DNA of 64,000 nt, from NCBI GenBank assembly GCA_973895155.1, contig OZ316899.1:9918287-9982286 (forward strand), read 5' to 3'. Origin of the DNA: Marsupella aquatica. Taxonomy: Eukaryota > Plantae > Marchantiophyta. How positions within the stretch are numbered: position 1 is the stretch's first letter; the number at the start of each line of letters is the position of its first letter. The translations under genes and the position numbers were made by a program. The notes under the pieces were generated by a model that saw nothing but the letters and a program-made list of their open reading frames with translations, was not told the DNA's origin and made no database searches. This document shows, piece after piece, positions 47,930-59,230 of the stretch.

Positions 47930-48379
47930 ATGGTGAGGACCCGCAACGCTGAACATGTGCGGTTTGCACGCAAGGCAGAGATGTTGCACCTTGAGTATGT
48001 CAGACTGGGGATCCTTCCAGCCCAGTCTGCATGGTACTTTGAGTACTCTGTTCTTGCCAGGAACAACTACAGCCGGCCTCTACCTGCTTCAGTACCCTTC
48101 CCGACATCCTTGGTATTTGTGTCTCTTGTACATGACCCACCACAAATTAGGTGCCAAGGGTGTGTGCACAGTTGCCAATATGACTGTCCTGCCTGTAGGG
48201 CTTCTGGCCCAGAGTTGGATGACCGTTCTCTTGGATGTCGGTTTTTTCACAGAGCACAATGTATCATCTGGAACCACTCGCCATCCTGCAGTGTGCCTGG
48301 CGATGTCACTTGTCCTGCCCTCCCAGACCCCAACACCGGTGCCTTTGGTGTCTACACATGTTTGGATCACACGCTCTAG
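47930..48379 (+). CDS. Cargo gene 1 (copy C): 149-aa Cys/His-rich protein, PHD-like zinc finger
   Basis: Intact ATG to stop. CQGC..C...CPAC...CRFFH...C...YTCLDH. Conserved in copy B. Confidence 0.65.
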   Translation: MVRTRNAEHVRFARKAEMLHLEYVRLGILPAQSAWYFEYSVLARNNYSRPLPASVPFPTSLVFVSLVHDPPQIRCQGCVHSCQYDCPACRASGPELDDRSLGCRFFHRAQCIIWNHSPSCSVPGDVTCPALPDPNTGAFGVYTCLDHTL

Positions 48380-49046
48380 AGGACAACTTGTCTCACCGCA
48401 TGCACAGACCAGAGACCATTGACCTATAACTTAACACTCTGACTTGAACAGAGAGGATATTTACTTAAAATTTTGAATTATGAGCAATTTTGGGTCCAGG
48501 GTTTAGGGTCAACAGTACATAACTTATCCTATTATGGCTGCACTAAGTACAATATCCTAATTTAAGAGGCTAGCAAGCTCACTTAAAAGTCTCCTTTCAA
48601 AGACTGGAATTAATGGGCCATGTGATAACCTGGAAAAAGTGATTTATGCCTAACTTATTTGTCTCATTCACTATCATAGCCTATTTAGGATGTATAAATT
48701 ACAACCCTGATCACACTGCTTGATACCAATCCTATTCAAAAAATGCCTGTTTTACATGTCACGACTATTGTATGTGATTCAAATGCATTAAATCTTGTTG
48801 CAGATCTCCTTTGGTGAATCATAGCCACAAAATTGAGGTGTAGGTGGAGCTATTGTACTAGGGGATCAGTTTTCAGAGTGGGCTCAACAAACCAAAAAGT
48901 ATGTCTACTCTGCACATGTGTGTGAACATTTCATTGCAGTAGCAATTGCCACTCTAGTCTATATGCTACACTGTACTTTTTGTACATTGCTAAATTGTAA
49001 TGTCTGTGCACTCTGCTAAATTGTACTATCTGTCTCATGCGTAGGC

Positions 49047-49727
49047 ATGGCACGCCTTAAAATCCGAGCCAAGAAGCGGGGGACAGAGGTGAGCAACACA
49101 GGTGTAGTTGGGCCAGATGGTAGTAACTTCTCTGCAAGTCAGATTTTCCAGAAGGCAGCTCATTGTTGTGCCATTTGTGACGATGGTGGGGGCTTAGCCA
49201 TATGTGAGGGCCCTTGCATGAGGCATTTCCACCTCAACCCGGAGTCTGACCTTGCTGCAGAAAACAACTGTCCAGGGGTGGGCCTCCCGTCAGCACACCA
49301 GGGAGGCTGGATGTGCACTGATTGTTTGGAGAAGCAGGCTAAGTGTGCACAATGTGGGAAGTTGGGGTCTTATGAGGGCTCTGTTGATGCTCCACCACTT
49401 GTTAGGAAATGCCCTGACAGATATTGTGTGAGGTTCTTTTGTTTTTCATGTTTGCCCGATCTTGCCACAGCTTGCCCACTTCATAAGTGCAAGGCATGTG
49501 GTCAGCACGATGAAGATTTCTGGGTGGACATAGTCCACTGTGTTAGGTGTCCCACCATGTGGCACTTTCATTGTTTGAAGGAGCGTCAAGCAGAAGGCTA
49601 TGCTTGTGACAGACACATCTATGATCACTCTGCACATGGTGTTGATCGATGGATCTTCTATTGTCATCGCCATGCCATAGATCCTACTTTGCACACTCCC
49701 ATTAGAGATCACATTTCTTGGCTTTGA
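49047..49727 (+). CDS. Cargo gene 2 (copy C): 226-aa stand-alone EDM2-type PHD module
   Basis: Intact ORF. Motif series CAICDDGG..CEGPCMRHFH / C..CGKLGS / CPLHKC..C / C.RCP..WH..CL / YC..H.ID..L.TP.RDH matches my recollection of the Arabidopsis EDM2 PHD region. Confidence 0.9.
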   Translation: MARLKIRAKKRGTEVSNTGVVGPDGSNFSASQIFQKAAHCCAICDDGGGLAICEGPCMRHFHLNPESDLAAENNCPGVGLPSAHQGGWMCTDCLEKQAKCAQCGKLGSYEGSVDAPPLVRKCPDRYCVRFFCFSCLPDLATACPLHKCKACGQHDEDFWVDIVHCVRCPTMWHFHCLKERQAEGYACDRHIYDHSAHGVDRWIFYCHRHAIDPTLHTPIRDHISWL

Positions 49728-50322
49728 ACCTGAATAATGTACATGCATAGTGCACCTGATGTGGATACCTTGGAGATTGCAGACATTCCAATTTTGAGAA
49801 GGACCTCTGTAGGAGAGAATGCTTAGGCAACAAGTACCCTAAGTTCATTACTTGTTCCTGGGTACATGCCTTCAAAAACTGCCCTTAAGCCTTCTAGGAC
49901 CTTTTTTAACTCTGCAATCATTTTGATCACGACTTACATGGCACTGCTTAAATTAAATCAGGACTTCTCATTATGAGCATATAAGTTACAAGGCTATTTA
50001 ATTTGCGAAAATTCCCTTAAAGTGTACCAACATTTTGTATTCTCATTGAATGTCTGCCCATTTACAACATCTGTATGTGGCATCACAAAACAATTGCACT
50101 TGTCACCTTCAATATTGTGAAGGCACATATTCAAACTATGAGGTGCATGCTTGCAGGTGTCTAGTACGTTTGTCCCAATATTTCTCCCGTTTGGAATTGG
50201 AGCAGAGACTCACCAGACGACTGGACTGGACCAAGTTATAAACGCAACATTTTAAGGGCCCTCCGATTATCAGGTGAACGCATTATCTTCCGGTCTGTAG
50301 TGATTAGGTGGCCCGTGTGTAC

Positions 50323-51171
50323 ATGGCCTCTAGGAAACGTACAAAGGTTGACCACCCGCCTCTGTTGGCTGGAATCAAAGCCATTTTGATTCCTGGCCAC
50401 TATGGGTTCACCCAAGTGAGTTGGCCAATCGTACAAAAACGATTTTCAGAGTTCCATGGGACTGAAGTCAAGGACATCACTCCACAGACTACACATGTTG
50501 TTGCGGGGACATGGCTGGATGTGATGAACAAGTGGTCATGGTCCTTCGTTGATTCTGCCATTACCAACCAAGGTCTAAAAGTAGTTGAAGTCTCTTGGCT
50601 GACTGATTCTGTTAAACATAGGTGTGTACAGAGTACTGAGCAATATGAGTTGTGGGAGAGTGAGGAGGCCACTGCAGAGGCTTTGGCTGAAAAGGAAGCC
50701 TATGAAGCAGCGGCAGAGAAACCCAACTTTGCTTCTGTCCAATATGGACCTGTTGTCAACATAGGACACCATCCTATGCGTGCAGATGCTATATTGAATG
50801 AGCATGGCAAGGAGAGAAATACCATTATGAAGGGGTTCAGTGTGGTATTTGCAGAAGAAGGAATTGGGGAGACTAAGTGCAGACTGTACAAGTCCATAGT
50901 TGTTGAGCTAGGTGGGACAGTGGAAGAGAGTCTAACAGAAACCTCCACTCATGTTGTAGGTCTGTCATACATGAAGATATGCAGAAAATTCTTTAAGACA
51001 ATAGTGCGTGATTTTGTCATGAACAACAATCTTTGGGTGCTTTCCCCTGATTGGCTTCTGGAATCAGCAGCTAGAGGGAAGCGACAGAATGCTTGGGACT
51101 TTGATATTTTTGAGGCCTGGCCCTCCAAGATTCAGCGGAGATGTATGCTTAGCAAAGGTGGGAGAGAGTGA
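50323..51171 (+). CDS. Cargo gene 3 (copy C): tandem BRCT protein, Pol-lambda-like BRCT
   Basis: Intact ORF with basic N-terminus (RKRTK) and two BRCT repeats (THVV...SWLTDS; LGG.VEE..THVV...DWLLES). Confidence 0.88.
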   Translation: MASRKRTKVDHPPLLAGIKAILIPGHYGFTQVSWPIVQKRFSEFHGTEVKDITPQTTHVVAGTWLDVMNKWSWSFVDSAITNQGLKVVEVSWLTDSVKHRCVQSTEQYELWESEEATAEALAEKEAYEAAAEKPNFASVQYGPVVNIGHHPMRADAILNEHGKERNTIMKGFSVVFAEEGIGETKCRLYKSIVVELGGTVEESLTETSTHVVGLSYMKICRKFFKTIVRDFVMNNNLWVLSPDWLLESAARGKRQNAWDFDIFEAWPSKIQRRCMLSKGGRE

Positions 51172-51347
51172 GGAGTAGGAGTCCCTCATATTTTTGTATA
51201 AATCACAATTTTGTAATAAATATGATCCTTGAACTAACTCATCTTGTCATGGTTGGTCGCAGTTGAAGTGATTGTTGTTTCCTGCTGCGTGGGGTGTGAC
51301 TGTGAATCTACTTGCTGGGCTCTGTTTGGCTGAAGACTTTGGTGGGT

Positions 51348-51881
51348 ATGCTGCCTCTCCCAGACCGTCAGGCCCTATGTAGGGTCCTCCTACGGGTTGC
51401 ATCGTGCATGGCTACTGCTTGGGCTTACTTGTGTGGATTGGTAACCAGACAGAGTGTAGCTCCATCCGAGATAATGCCTGCAGACCTTGGATGTGTTGTG
51501 AATGCTGTGGTGAATGAGGATGCACAGTCGGAAGAGGACATTTACTTTTCAGCAGATGAGTTAGACAAGCACGATGCTGTAGGTGGTTCCTTGTTGCCTG
51601 ATTTGGCAGATGATATAGTTCTTACACATGTCTGGCCGAGGTTTCTTGTGGTGTCTGGCGCACAAGATATCTGCAAATATAGACTAATTAGTACCCAGTG
51701 GAGGGACTTGGTAGCAACATGTGCACCATGGAGGGCATTGCTGCCACTGCTTGTAGGCACGGATCGAAGACCACCATGGCATGAGCAGGGTTTAGACCTT
51801 GATGACTTAATGTACATGCCTGAGTACCTCAGGGCTGAGTGGCATCGACAACAGGATTGGTATCCGTATTTGATGTGGTAG
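51348..51881 (+). CDS. Cargo gene 4 (copy C): F-box protein
   Basis: SLLPDLADDIVLTHVWPRF...DICKYRLISTQWRDLV. The tail homologous to copy B (..VYDYT*) continues to ~51942 beyond the stop. Confidence 0.75.
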   Translation: MLPLPDRQALCRVLLRVASCMATAWAYLCGLVTRQSVAPSEIMPADLGCVVNAVVNEDAQSEEDIYFSADELDKHDAVGGSLLPDLADDIVLTHVWPRFLVVSGAQDICKYRLISTQWRDLVATCAPWRALLPLLVGTDRRPPWHEQGLDLDDLMYMPEYLRAEWHRQQDWYPYLMW

Positions 51882-52197
51882 TAAGATGAGGAAATCTCAC
51901 ACCGGTCTCGCACCTGGCACCTGTGTCTATGACTATACATGATTGGACTCTGATATGGTCATGGATGTACGTGCAGAGGCAGGACAGCGGAGGAGTTGAC
52001 ACCCTCAAACATTTAGGAATTTTGTCTCATTCACTTGAGAATAGGTACATGACTCAGGCACCTATATTTTTTGTTTTTTTGTTTTTTTGGAACGTTACGT
52101 ATTTTGGCAAGTACAGTCGGGGGTGAAATCCTTAACAGGAAGTGTATTTTTCACTTGCATAATAAAATGACAGGGTGCTGAGTGCGTGTGTATAGTG

Positions 52198-55100
52198 ATG
52201 GCTCCAAGGTTGCCTCTTCACAACCCATTTAGGATTAGGCATCATGATTCTAAATTGTGGATGCGTGAACAAGCCCGGGCCGCCCAAGGTAGGAGTAGGA
52301 GGATGAGATGCCCATGCACACAGTGCCAAGGATTCAAGTTGTTGAGTTTGAACACTGTGCACCTTCACCTACTGCGGCATGAAAGGCACCCTCGGTGGAG
52401 GGTTTGGAATGTACCAGCAGAAGAAGACTCCTCTGATGAAGAGTGGAGAGCTGACTTTGTGGATTCTAATACAGCTAGGCATAGAGACTACGTAGAGCAG
52501 GACATAGACTGTGCAGAGGATGGTCCTGGGGTCCAACATGAGAACGTGGATGACCAAGATGGAGATGCAGAGGCAGTCACTGAGGACGGTGGGATGGATG
52601 TCCCAAGAATGGTTCAAGAGATTTTTGAAGACCTTGATGCTTTTTACGACACAGTGGAATCAGAAGAGGACAATGAACCGCAGCCACACATTGGCGACGG
52701 CCAAGCTGAACCTGACTTTGACATTGGGGAAGGTGCAGCAGAGAGGGAGTGGGTGTTTGGGGGCCCAAAACACATCAAAGAAGCTTGCATTCCTATCTAC
52801 GAGGGGTCGAACTGCTCCAAGCTGGGTTTTGTCGTGTTGTTGTTGAACATCTGTGGCAATCACAATGTTCCCAATATATTTGTGACAGAGTTGTTGACCT
52901 TCCTGCGCCGAAATGTGTTACCAGATGGTAATTCAATTCCAAAAAATATGTACGAGGCTAGGAAATTGATGTCTAACCTTGGGCTAAACTATGTGTCTAT
53001 TGACGCATGCCCTGATGGGTGTGTTCTCTTTTGCAAAGAGCATGCAGATAAATTGACATGCCCTCATTGTGGTAAGCACAGGTACAAGAATGTAGGGAAA
53101 TGTACACACCCTGCCAAGGTTCTTCGTCATTTTCCTCTCATTCCTAGACTACAACGTCTGTTTAGATGCCCTGCCATTTCCAAGCTGATGACATGGACTC
53201 CTGATAACAAGAGCAGTGATGGCCTGCAGCGTCACATTGGAGATTCCAACCATTGGAAATTTGTTGATGAGAGGTGGCCACAGTTTGCTGCAGAGAAGCG
53301 GAACTTTCGATTTGGTCTATCACTGGATGGAGTAAACCCATTTGGAGACAAAAACAACCGTTATTCATGTTGGCCGGTTACGCTGCTAAATTACAACCTT
53401 CCCCCATGGATGACTACAAAGAGGTTTTTTGTCATGATGGTGCTGTTAATCCCTGGACCAGCTTCTGTGACCGAGCAATTCATAGATATCATGTTGGCTC
53501 CAGCAGTGGAAGAGTGGAAGACTTTGTGGATAGAAGGGGTGTTAACCCATGATGTTCTGAAGGGGCTTCTTTGACCCAGCCCCTTTAGACTGCATGCAAT
53601 TTGTTTGCTGGATATAGCAGATTACCCAGGCCATGGCATCATATCTGGACAAGTGACAAAGGGCTATGTGGGGTGCACACCATGTGGGAAAAATGTGACA
53701 AGTGAGTGGTCGCATGCCCTGCACAGTATGAAATTTCAGGGGCATAGAAGGTATCTGCCTGTTGATCATCCTTACAGGCACACACGGTCTCAAATTGCAC
53801 ACTTCAACAACAAAACAGAGCTTCGTGGCCCACCACAGAGGGTCACCAGAGAGCAAGTCCTGAGGTGGGCAGCCAGGAAGGCTGATTGGGACAAGAGAAG
53901 TGCCACTGATCGAGAACCTGAGGATCCAGTGGTGAAACACGGTGTGAAAAGACAGACCTTGATGGACTTGGAGTTGGAGTACTGGAGGGTAATGTACTTA
54001 GCCTCCAGCCCCTGTATGATTGCAATTTTAGATTGGAGCAATGGTGGATTGATGTTGGTTACAATCCTCCTTTGTGGTTAATTAGTGTTTCTGTTGTTGA
54101 ATTCTTTGCTTTGTGGAGTGCAGGAATTCGAGCCCAGCAAACACAATGTGGACGTCATGCACATTGAGAAAAATATTTGTGAGAGCTTGCTGAAGTTCTT
54201 GTCGGGTGAGAAAGATACAGGAGCAGTTCGAGCTGATATGCAACAGAAGGGGATTCGCCCTCACCTTTGGTTGAAGCCCCATGCAAGCAATCCCAATGTA
54301 CTTCTCAAGTTCCAAGCTCCCTATGTGTGCACACAGGATGAATGGAAGACATTCTTGTATAGATTGAGCTGTCTGAAAGTGCCCTCTGGCTATGCTGGTG
54401 CCTTCAAGAAGCATATTACAAAGAATAAACTTGGCAGTATGAAAACACATGACTACCATGTGTTGATGCAGCACATTCTGCCCCTATGCCTCAGAGGTCT
54501 CATGCAGAAACCAGTCCGTAATGTCATTCTTTGACTGTGCAATGTATTTCGCCGTATATGTGTGAAAGTGTGGGATCCCCAAGGATTGGAGCAGTTGAAG
54601 CAGGATGCTGCTTATGTCCTCTGTGACTTGGAGATATACTTCCCCCCTGCTTTCTTTGATGTTATGACTCATCTCCTAATCCATGTGGTAGAAGAGCTAG
54701 GGCAGTATGGGCCAGTCAGTACCAGATGGATGTACCCTATGGAGCGATACATGAAGTTGTTGAAAGGTCATGTGAGAACATACTACAGGCCAGAGGCTTC
54801 CATGGCATTGGGGTACATTAAGGATGAGATGTTGGGATTCCTAACAGAGTACATGGCTGGGTCTGGTGAAGCTATGACAAGAGTTTGGAAATCTGGTGAA
54901 GATGATGGAGTGAGTGGCGAGGTTGTTGAAGGTGTGGGACGTGCTGTTCAGCTGCCTGTTGCGATTCGAGACAAGGCTCATTCATATGTGCTGGCAAACA
55001 CAGAGCCTATGCAACCATGGTGGAGGTGAGTGATTGAATTGACTTGCCTTTGTTGTGATGCTTCTTGTTTGTTCCAAGGGTGATCTTAGGTTGTCATGTG

Positions 55101-55898
55101 TTGTTTAGACCTAACTATGCCTGTACCTCATATTGCAGGGAATATGATATGCAAAAAGCTGCACACTCTGGGCAGCAGGATCCCTTCCCACAGTTCGAGC
55201 AGTGGATTCGGGTGACAATTCGAGAGCACAGTAGACATCACCCAGATATGGAGAAGGATTTGTATCTTCTATCTGTGCCACCACGATTGTCTATTCTGAC
55301 CTACAAACGGATGAGAGCTTATGGAAATCATTATCGAGTGAGGGATGAGCAGGGTGACCATTGTGTATCATATGATTGTGGTTTGATTTATGTGTTTGAG
55401 CAGAGAACCTCTGAAGAACAGAGGGGGTGGATGAAGATGGGTTACGTGGGGGAGTTGACCGACATTTGGGTGTTGAATTATGGTAACACAAGTGTCCCAG
55501 TGATATTGATGAAGGGATCATGGGTGAAATCAGAGTGGCAGAGACCAAGGGCCACCATGAAGCGTGATCATGATGGGTTCTTGTTGGCCAATTTTAGGTC
55601 CAGAGTACCAGAATGGTCTGAGCCTTTTGTTTTCCCTAGCCAAGTTGAACAGGCTTTCTTTGCAGATGTGGAGGAGTCACATGGCTGGAGGGTGGTATGC
55701 CATAGCCAAGCACGGAACAGGCGGATGGATGGAAGTAAAGTAGAGTTCAGTTTGGATGACCATGCTGCATTCGAGCATCCTAGTCATGAGACTGTACTTC
55801 CAACTCGGGCAGGGACTGACTACATCCCCTTAACATTGAGAGAGACATATGATGAACCTGGGCAAATGGAATATGATGAGGTTGATGATTTGCAATAG
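52198..55898 (+). pseudogene. CACTA Tnp2 transposase of element C; exons 52198-53988, 54124-55025, 55139-55898
   Basis: Transposase-associated CPC..C domain, Transposase_21, DUF4218, DUF4216 motifs. Only two in-frame TGA stops (53572, 54532). Intron positions match element B. Confidence 0.95.
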
Positions 55899-56075
55899 GC
55901 AACAGCTGGCGATTGGCAAGTATGAGGTTGAGGATGACTACCTGCACAGAGTCACAGAACGGGAATTGCTGCCTGGAATGATGTTTAGGATAGTTGGATA
56001 TGCATGAAATTGATTGATACTTTGAATTTAGTGTGCTGATTCTCCCTGTTTGGTTGTGGGTGCTGTGCAGAAGCT

Positions 56076-59000
56076 ATGGGGGAAGAGGGTGATGACATGG
56101 AGACAGACATGGGGCTTGGAGAGTGGGGTGAAGAGGAAAGATTGGATATGGATGGAGACCCAGATGTAGGGGGCTCACAGAAAAATGCACCTGTGCAAGA
56201 TGCACAGGGCCCTCATCAAGTCCCAGGTAGGTGGGCAGCTAGAGAGAAATCACATAATCCATACCCTAGAAGGAGCCAGAGTTATTGGCAAGGGACGCCT
56301 GATAATTATGATGATGACTATGATGGAGCAGAAGATGGATGGGATGAATATGAACACCCAGAGCGTGGTAGAGACGGGTACAGAGGGCAATGGAAAGGTG
56401 AGGAGGATGATTGGACAAGTAAGTGCCTTGTGCTAGTGATTTTGTGATGGTAGTAGAGATTTAGCTCAATATGCACTTATCTGATGTGTAGCTAGGGCAA
56501 AGAGTTTATCTTACAGGTCCATGAGTGTGGCATGTACCTGTTGGTATGCAGACTCTGATTGGGACAATCACGAAAACAACAAAGGCCATCCACGTTCAGA
56601 TAGGAGGCAATCATTCACAGGCGGGAGAAACGGCCCTAATTCATCAAGACAAAGCAATAGGACAGGTGGTCCAGAACCATCTATGCGCCAAGGGAGAGGT
56701 AACTTGGTCATTGCAGAATTGCTCTGAAGTCCACTGTATATTTGGCAGCAGGATTTATGATTCATACTTACCTAATGGATCCTGTAAATGTGCAGGGACT
56801 CCAGGGAGGTTTGGACAATGCAATCCAGGCCGTGGGGGGAGATCAGGCCGTGGAGGGACCCCAGGCCGTGGGGGGACACCAGGCCGTGGAGGGACACCTA
56901 GTAGCGCTTCAGGGAGTACCAAGGCAGGAGACAGTAACAAATTTGGTAAAGTAGAAGTGAATTCCGATGGCTGGATAACTCCCACATGTGATGGTAAGAA
57001 CCGTTGGCATTCTGACCTAAGAGGAGAAGTATTGCGTTGGTTAGATTTGAGCATTACAGAGTTTAGGAGTCAGAACAAAGCTGATTGGGCTGCTATCTGC
57101 AAGGACATTCTTGAACGGTGGGACTATGTTGGTAATGATGGTAAGGGCCCAGTTGAAGATTGCATATCAGATTATGCAATGAGGATTTTGAAACAAGAGA
57201 GGCATAGGTTGAAAAGGATGTGGATAGACAATGGTTCTAACAGGAGAATGCCACCACCCTCATCATTGGAATTGGATCAATGGACACGGTTAATCAAAGG
57301 GTTCATGTCAGAGGCTGGACAGAGCAAAAGTGAATTGATGTCAAATGCTCGAGGCAAAGTGAAACACCTGTCACAGGCTAGGAGAGGAAGTTATGCTCCA
57401 GTGAAAGAACAATTGGTAAGGCAGTGACATGCCTGATAGTAAGCCTCAAACTTATCATCTTGCTACCATTATTACATTTTCATTGACAATCAACACTTGG
57501 TTTCATTCATATGTATGTTGATGTGGACTGCAGAAGAAATTGACAGGTGAAGAACCATCAGCACAAGAAGTGAGAGAGGAGTTCATGAAACAAAGGAGTG
57601 AGGTGACAAGTGTGACTTCCAAACAGGTGATTATGTTGTAATTCTGTATGTTCTGTGACTATTTGCCCTTGAGCATCAGAAAGAATTGTAGTAGGAAGTA
57701 AGCAACCAGTTCTTGGGGACAATTATCTGAGATATGTAAGCTGTGTTATGACAGGGAACTGTTACAACTCTCACAGAGATGTGTGAACGGTTGAAGTCAT
57801 TAGAGTGTGGACTCCCTCGAGTGGAAAGTAAATTGACTGATCGTTTGGATATTGTGGAGGCATCTGTAGCGAACCTTCTTGCATCAGTGGAATCTAATTT
57901 CAAGCTTGTGATTGAAAAATTGGGTGGTTCCCAACCAAACAATGAGGGCAACATTGTACAAAGTGTGCCCTTGTTAACAAAAAAGGGAATTGGCAAATCT
58001 GACACAGGTATGGAAATGACACCGGCCCATTGTTCATTGTGTCCTATGTTCAAATGTTAGAAGTAAGTTTTCATGAATTGAGTGAATGGTTTTAATGCAG
58101 GAAGAGTGGAGGCAGAGAAGGACCCTGTAATCAGTAAGCAGAATGGCAAAAAGGTTGCTGAGACAGGTAACCTGCTATGATCCAGTACATTACATTTGAA
58201 AAGTGCATGGAGTTTTGTGAAGCTTAAGCCCGGTTGGAGGTAATCTTTTCTGTAAGAACTGGTTGGATCAACTGGGATCTGAAGTGACATCATGATTGAT
58301 GTATCAGGTGATTCAAAGAGCAATGAAAAAGATGTGCCCAGTGCCTCAGTGACCATAGCCAAGGAGGTATCAGGTAAGCTGATGCTTTAAATTCCTCTCC
58401 TACCATTGTTGAGAAACAATTCAGTGGTTAATAGATTGAACCTGAATATTGTGGTGTGTTTATTGATCAGCAGAAGCAGACATGGAGGATATGGCAATGG
58501 TAAAGAAGGGGAAGAAGGCTGTTCATAATGGTAAGGAGATAGTGACAACTTTGTGGTTGGTGACATGTACATGGCGCACATGTGATGAGTGATTCACTTA
58601 TGTTGGACAATGCACTGAATTGTAGTTGATGCAGAGTTGACAGACTCTCAACCAAGTGGGAGCAGGGTGAAGCGACGTCAAAACTTGGGAGCAACATTGG
58701 ATGCAAGTAAGATTGTAGATGCTTCAATTGAAGCAAGTACAATGTTGGCAGATACTGAGATGATATCGCAGGGAGATCCTGCTATACAATTGGAAGTGTC
58801 AAATATGGATGCAGATTCTTTGAAGAAGAGTGTATCCAATTCTCGATCACCAGCACAAAACACTCGTGCCAAAGTCATGACTCGCAACCAAGGTATGAAT
58901 AATGTCATGTATAAGCCACCCAGGAAAGCCAAGAAAAGCAGCCAGGGTAAGGTGGAGGTGATAGCCACAGCAGAGCCAGTCCATAATCTTCTATCATGGG

Positions 59001-59230
59001 AGGATGACTCGCAGGTATGTGTGGGTACAGGCATTTTGCGACCGGATCATGCTAAATTCCATGGCAAAGTGGTCCCGGATGACCATGTAGTAGTGTTGTT
59101 GACTACAGTGATTGTATCTTATTGTAATTTGCCATTTCCGAATAGAGACGATGATCCACCTCAGGAAATAATTGCACATGCAGTAGGATCTCTTGTGCTC
59201 TGGCCATCAGAGTGTGTTAGTCTGCAGTGA
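56076..59230 (+). CDS. Multi-exon TnpA/Ptta-like gene of element C
   Basis: Acidic exon, RGG repeats (18-bp tandem at ~56824-56897), KNRW..DL.GE.LRWLDLS..LKQERHRL..QWTRL..KSELMSNARG domain, last exon GTG..FHG..VP..LPFPN..AVGSLVLWP. Exon structure only partly resolved. Confidence 0.72.

Noticed and set aside
49047-51881. Host EDM2, Pol lambda and F-box genes (gene symbols withheld)
   Set aside because: Single-domain, intronless ORFs located between TIRs and repeated in a sister element.
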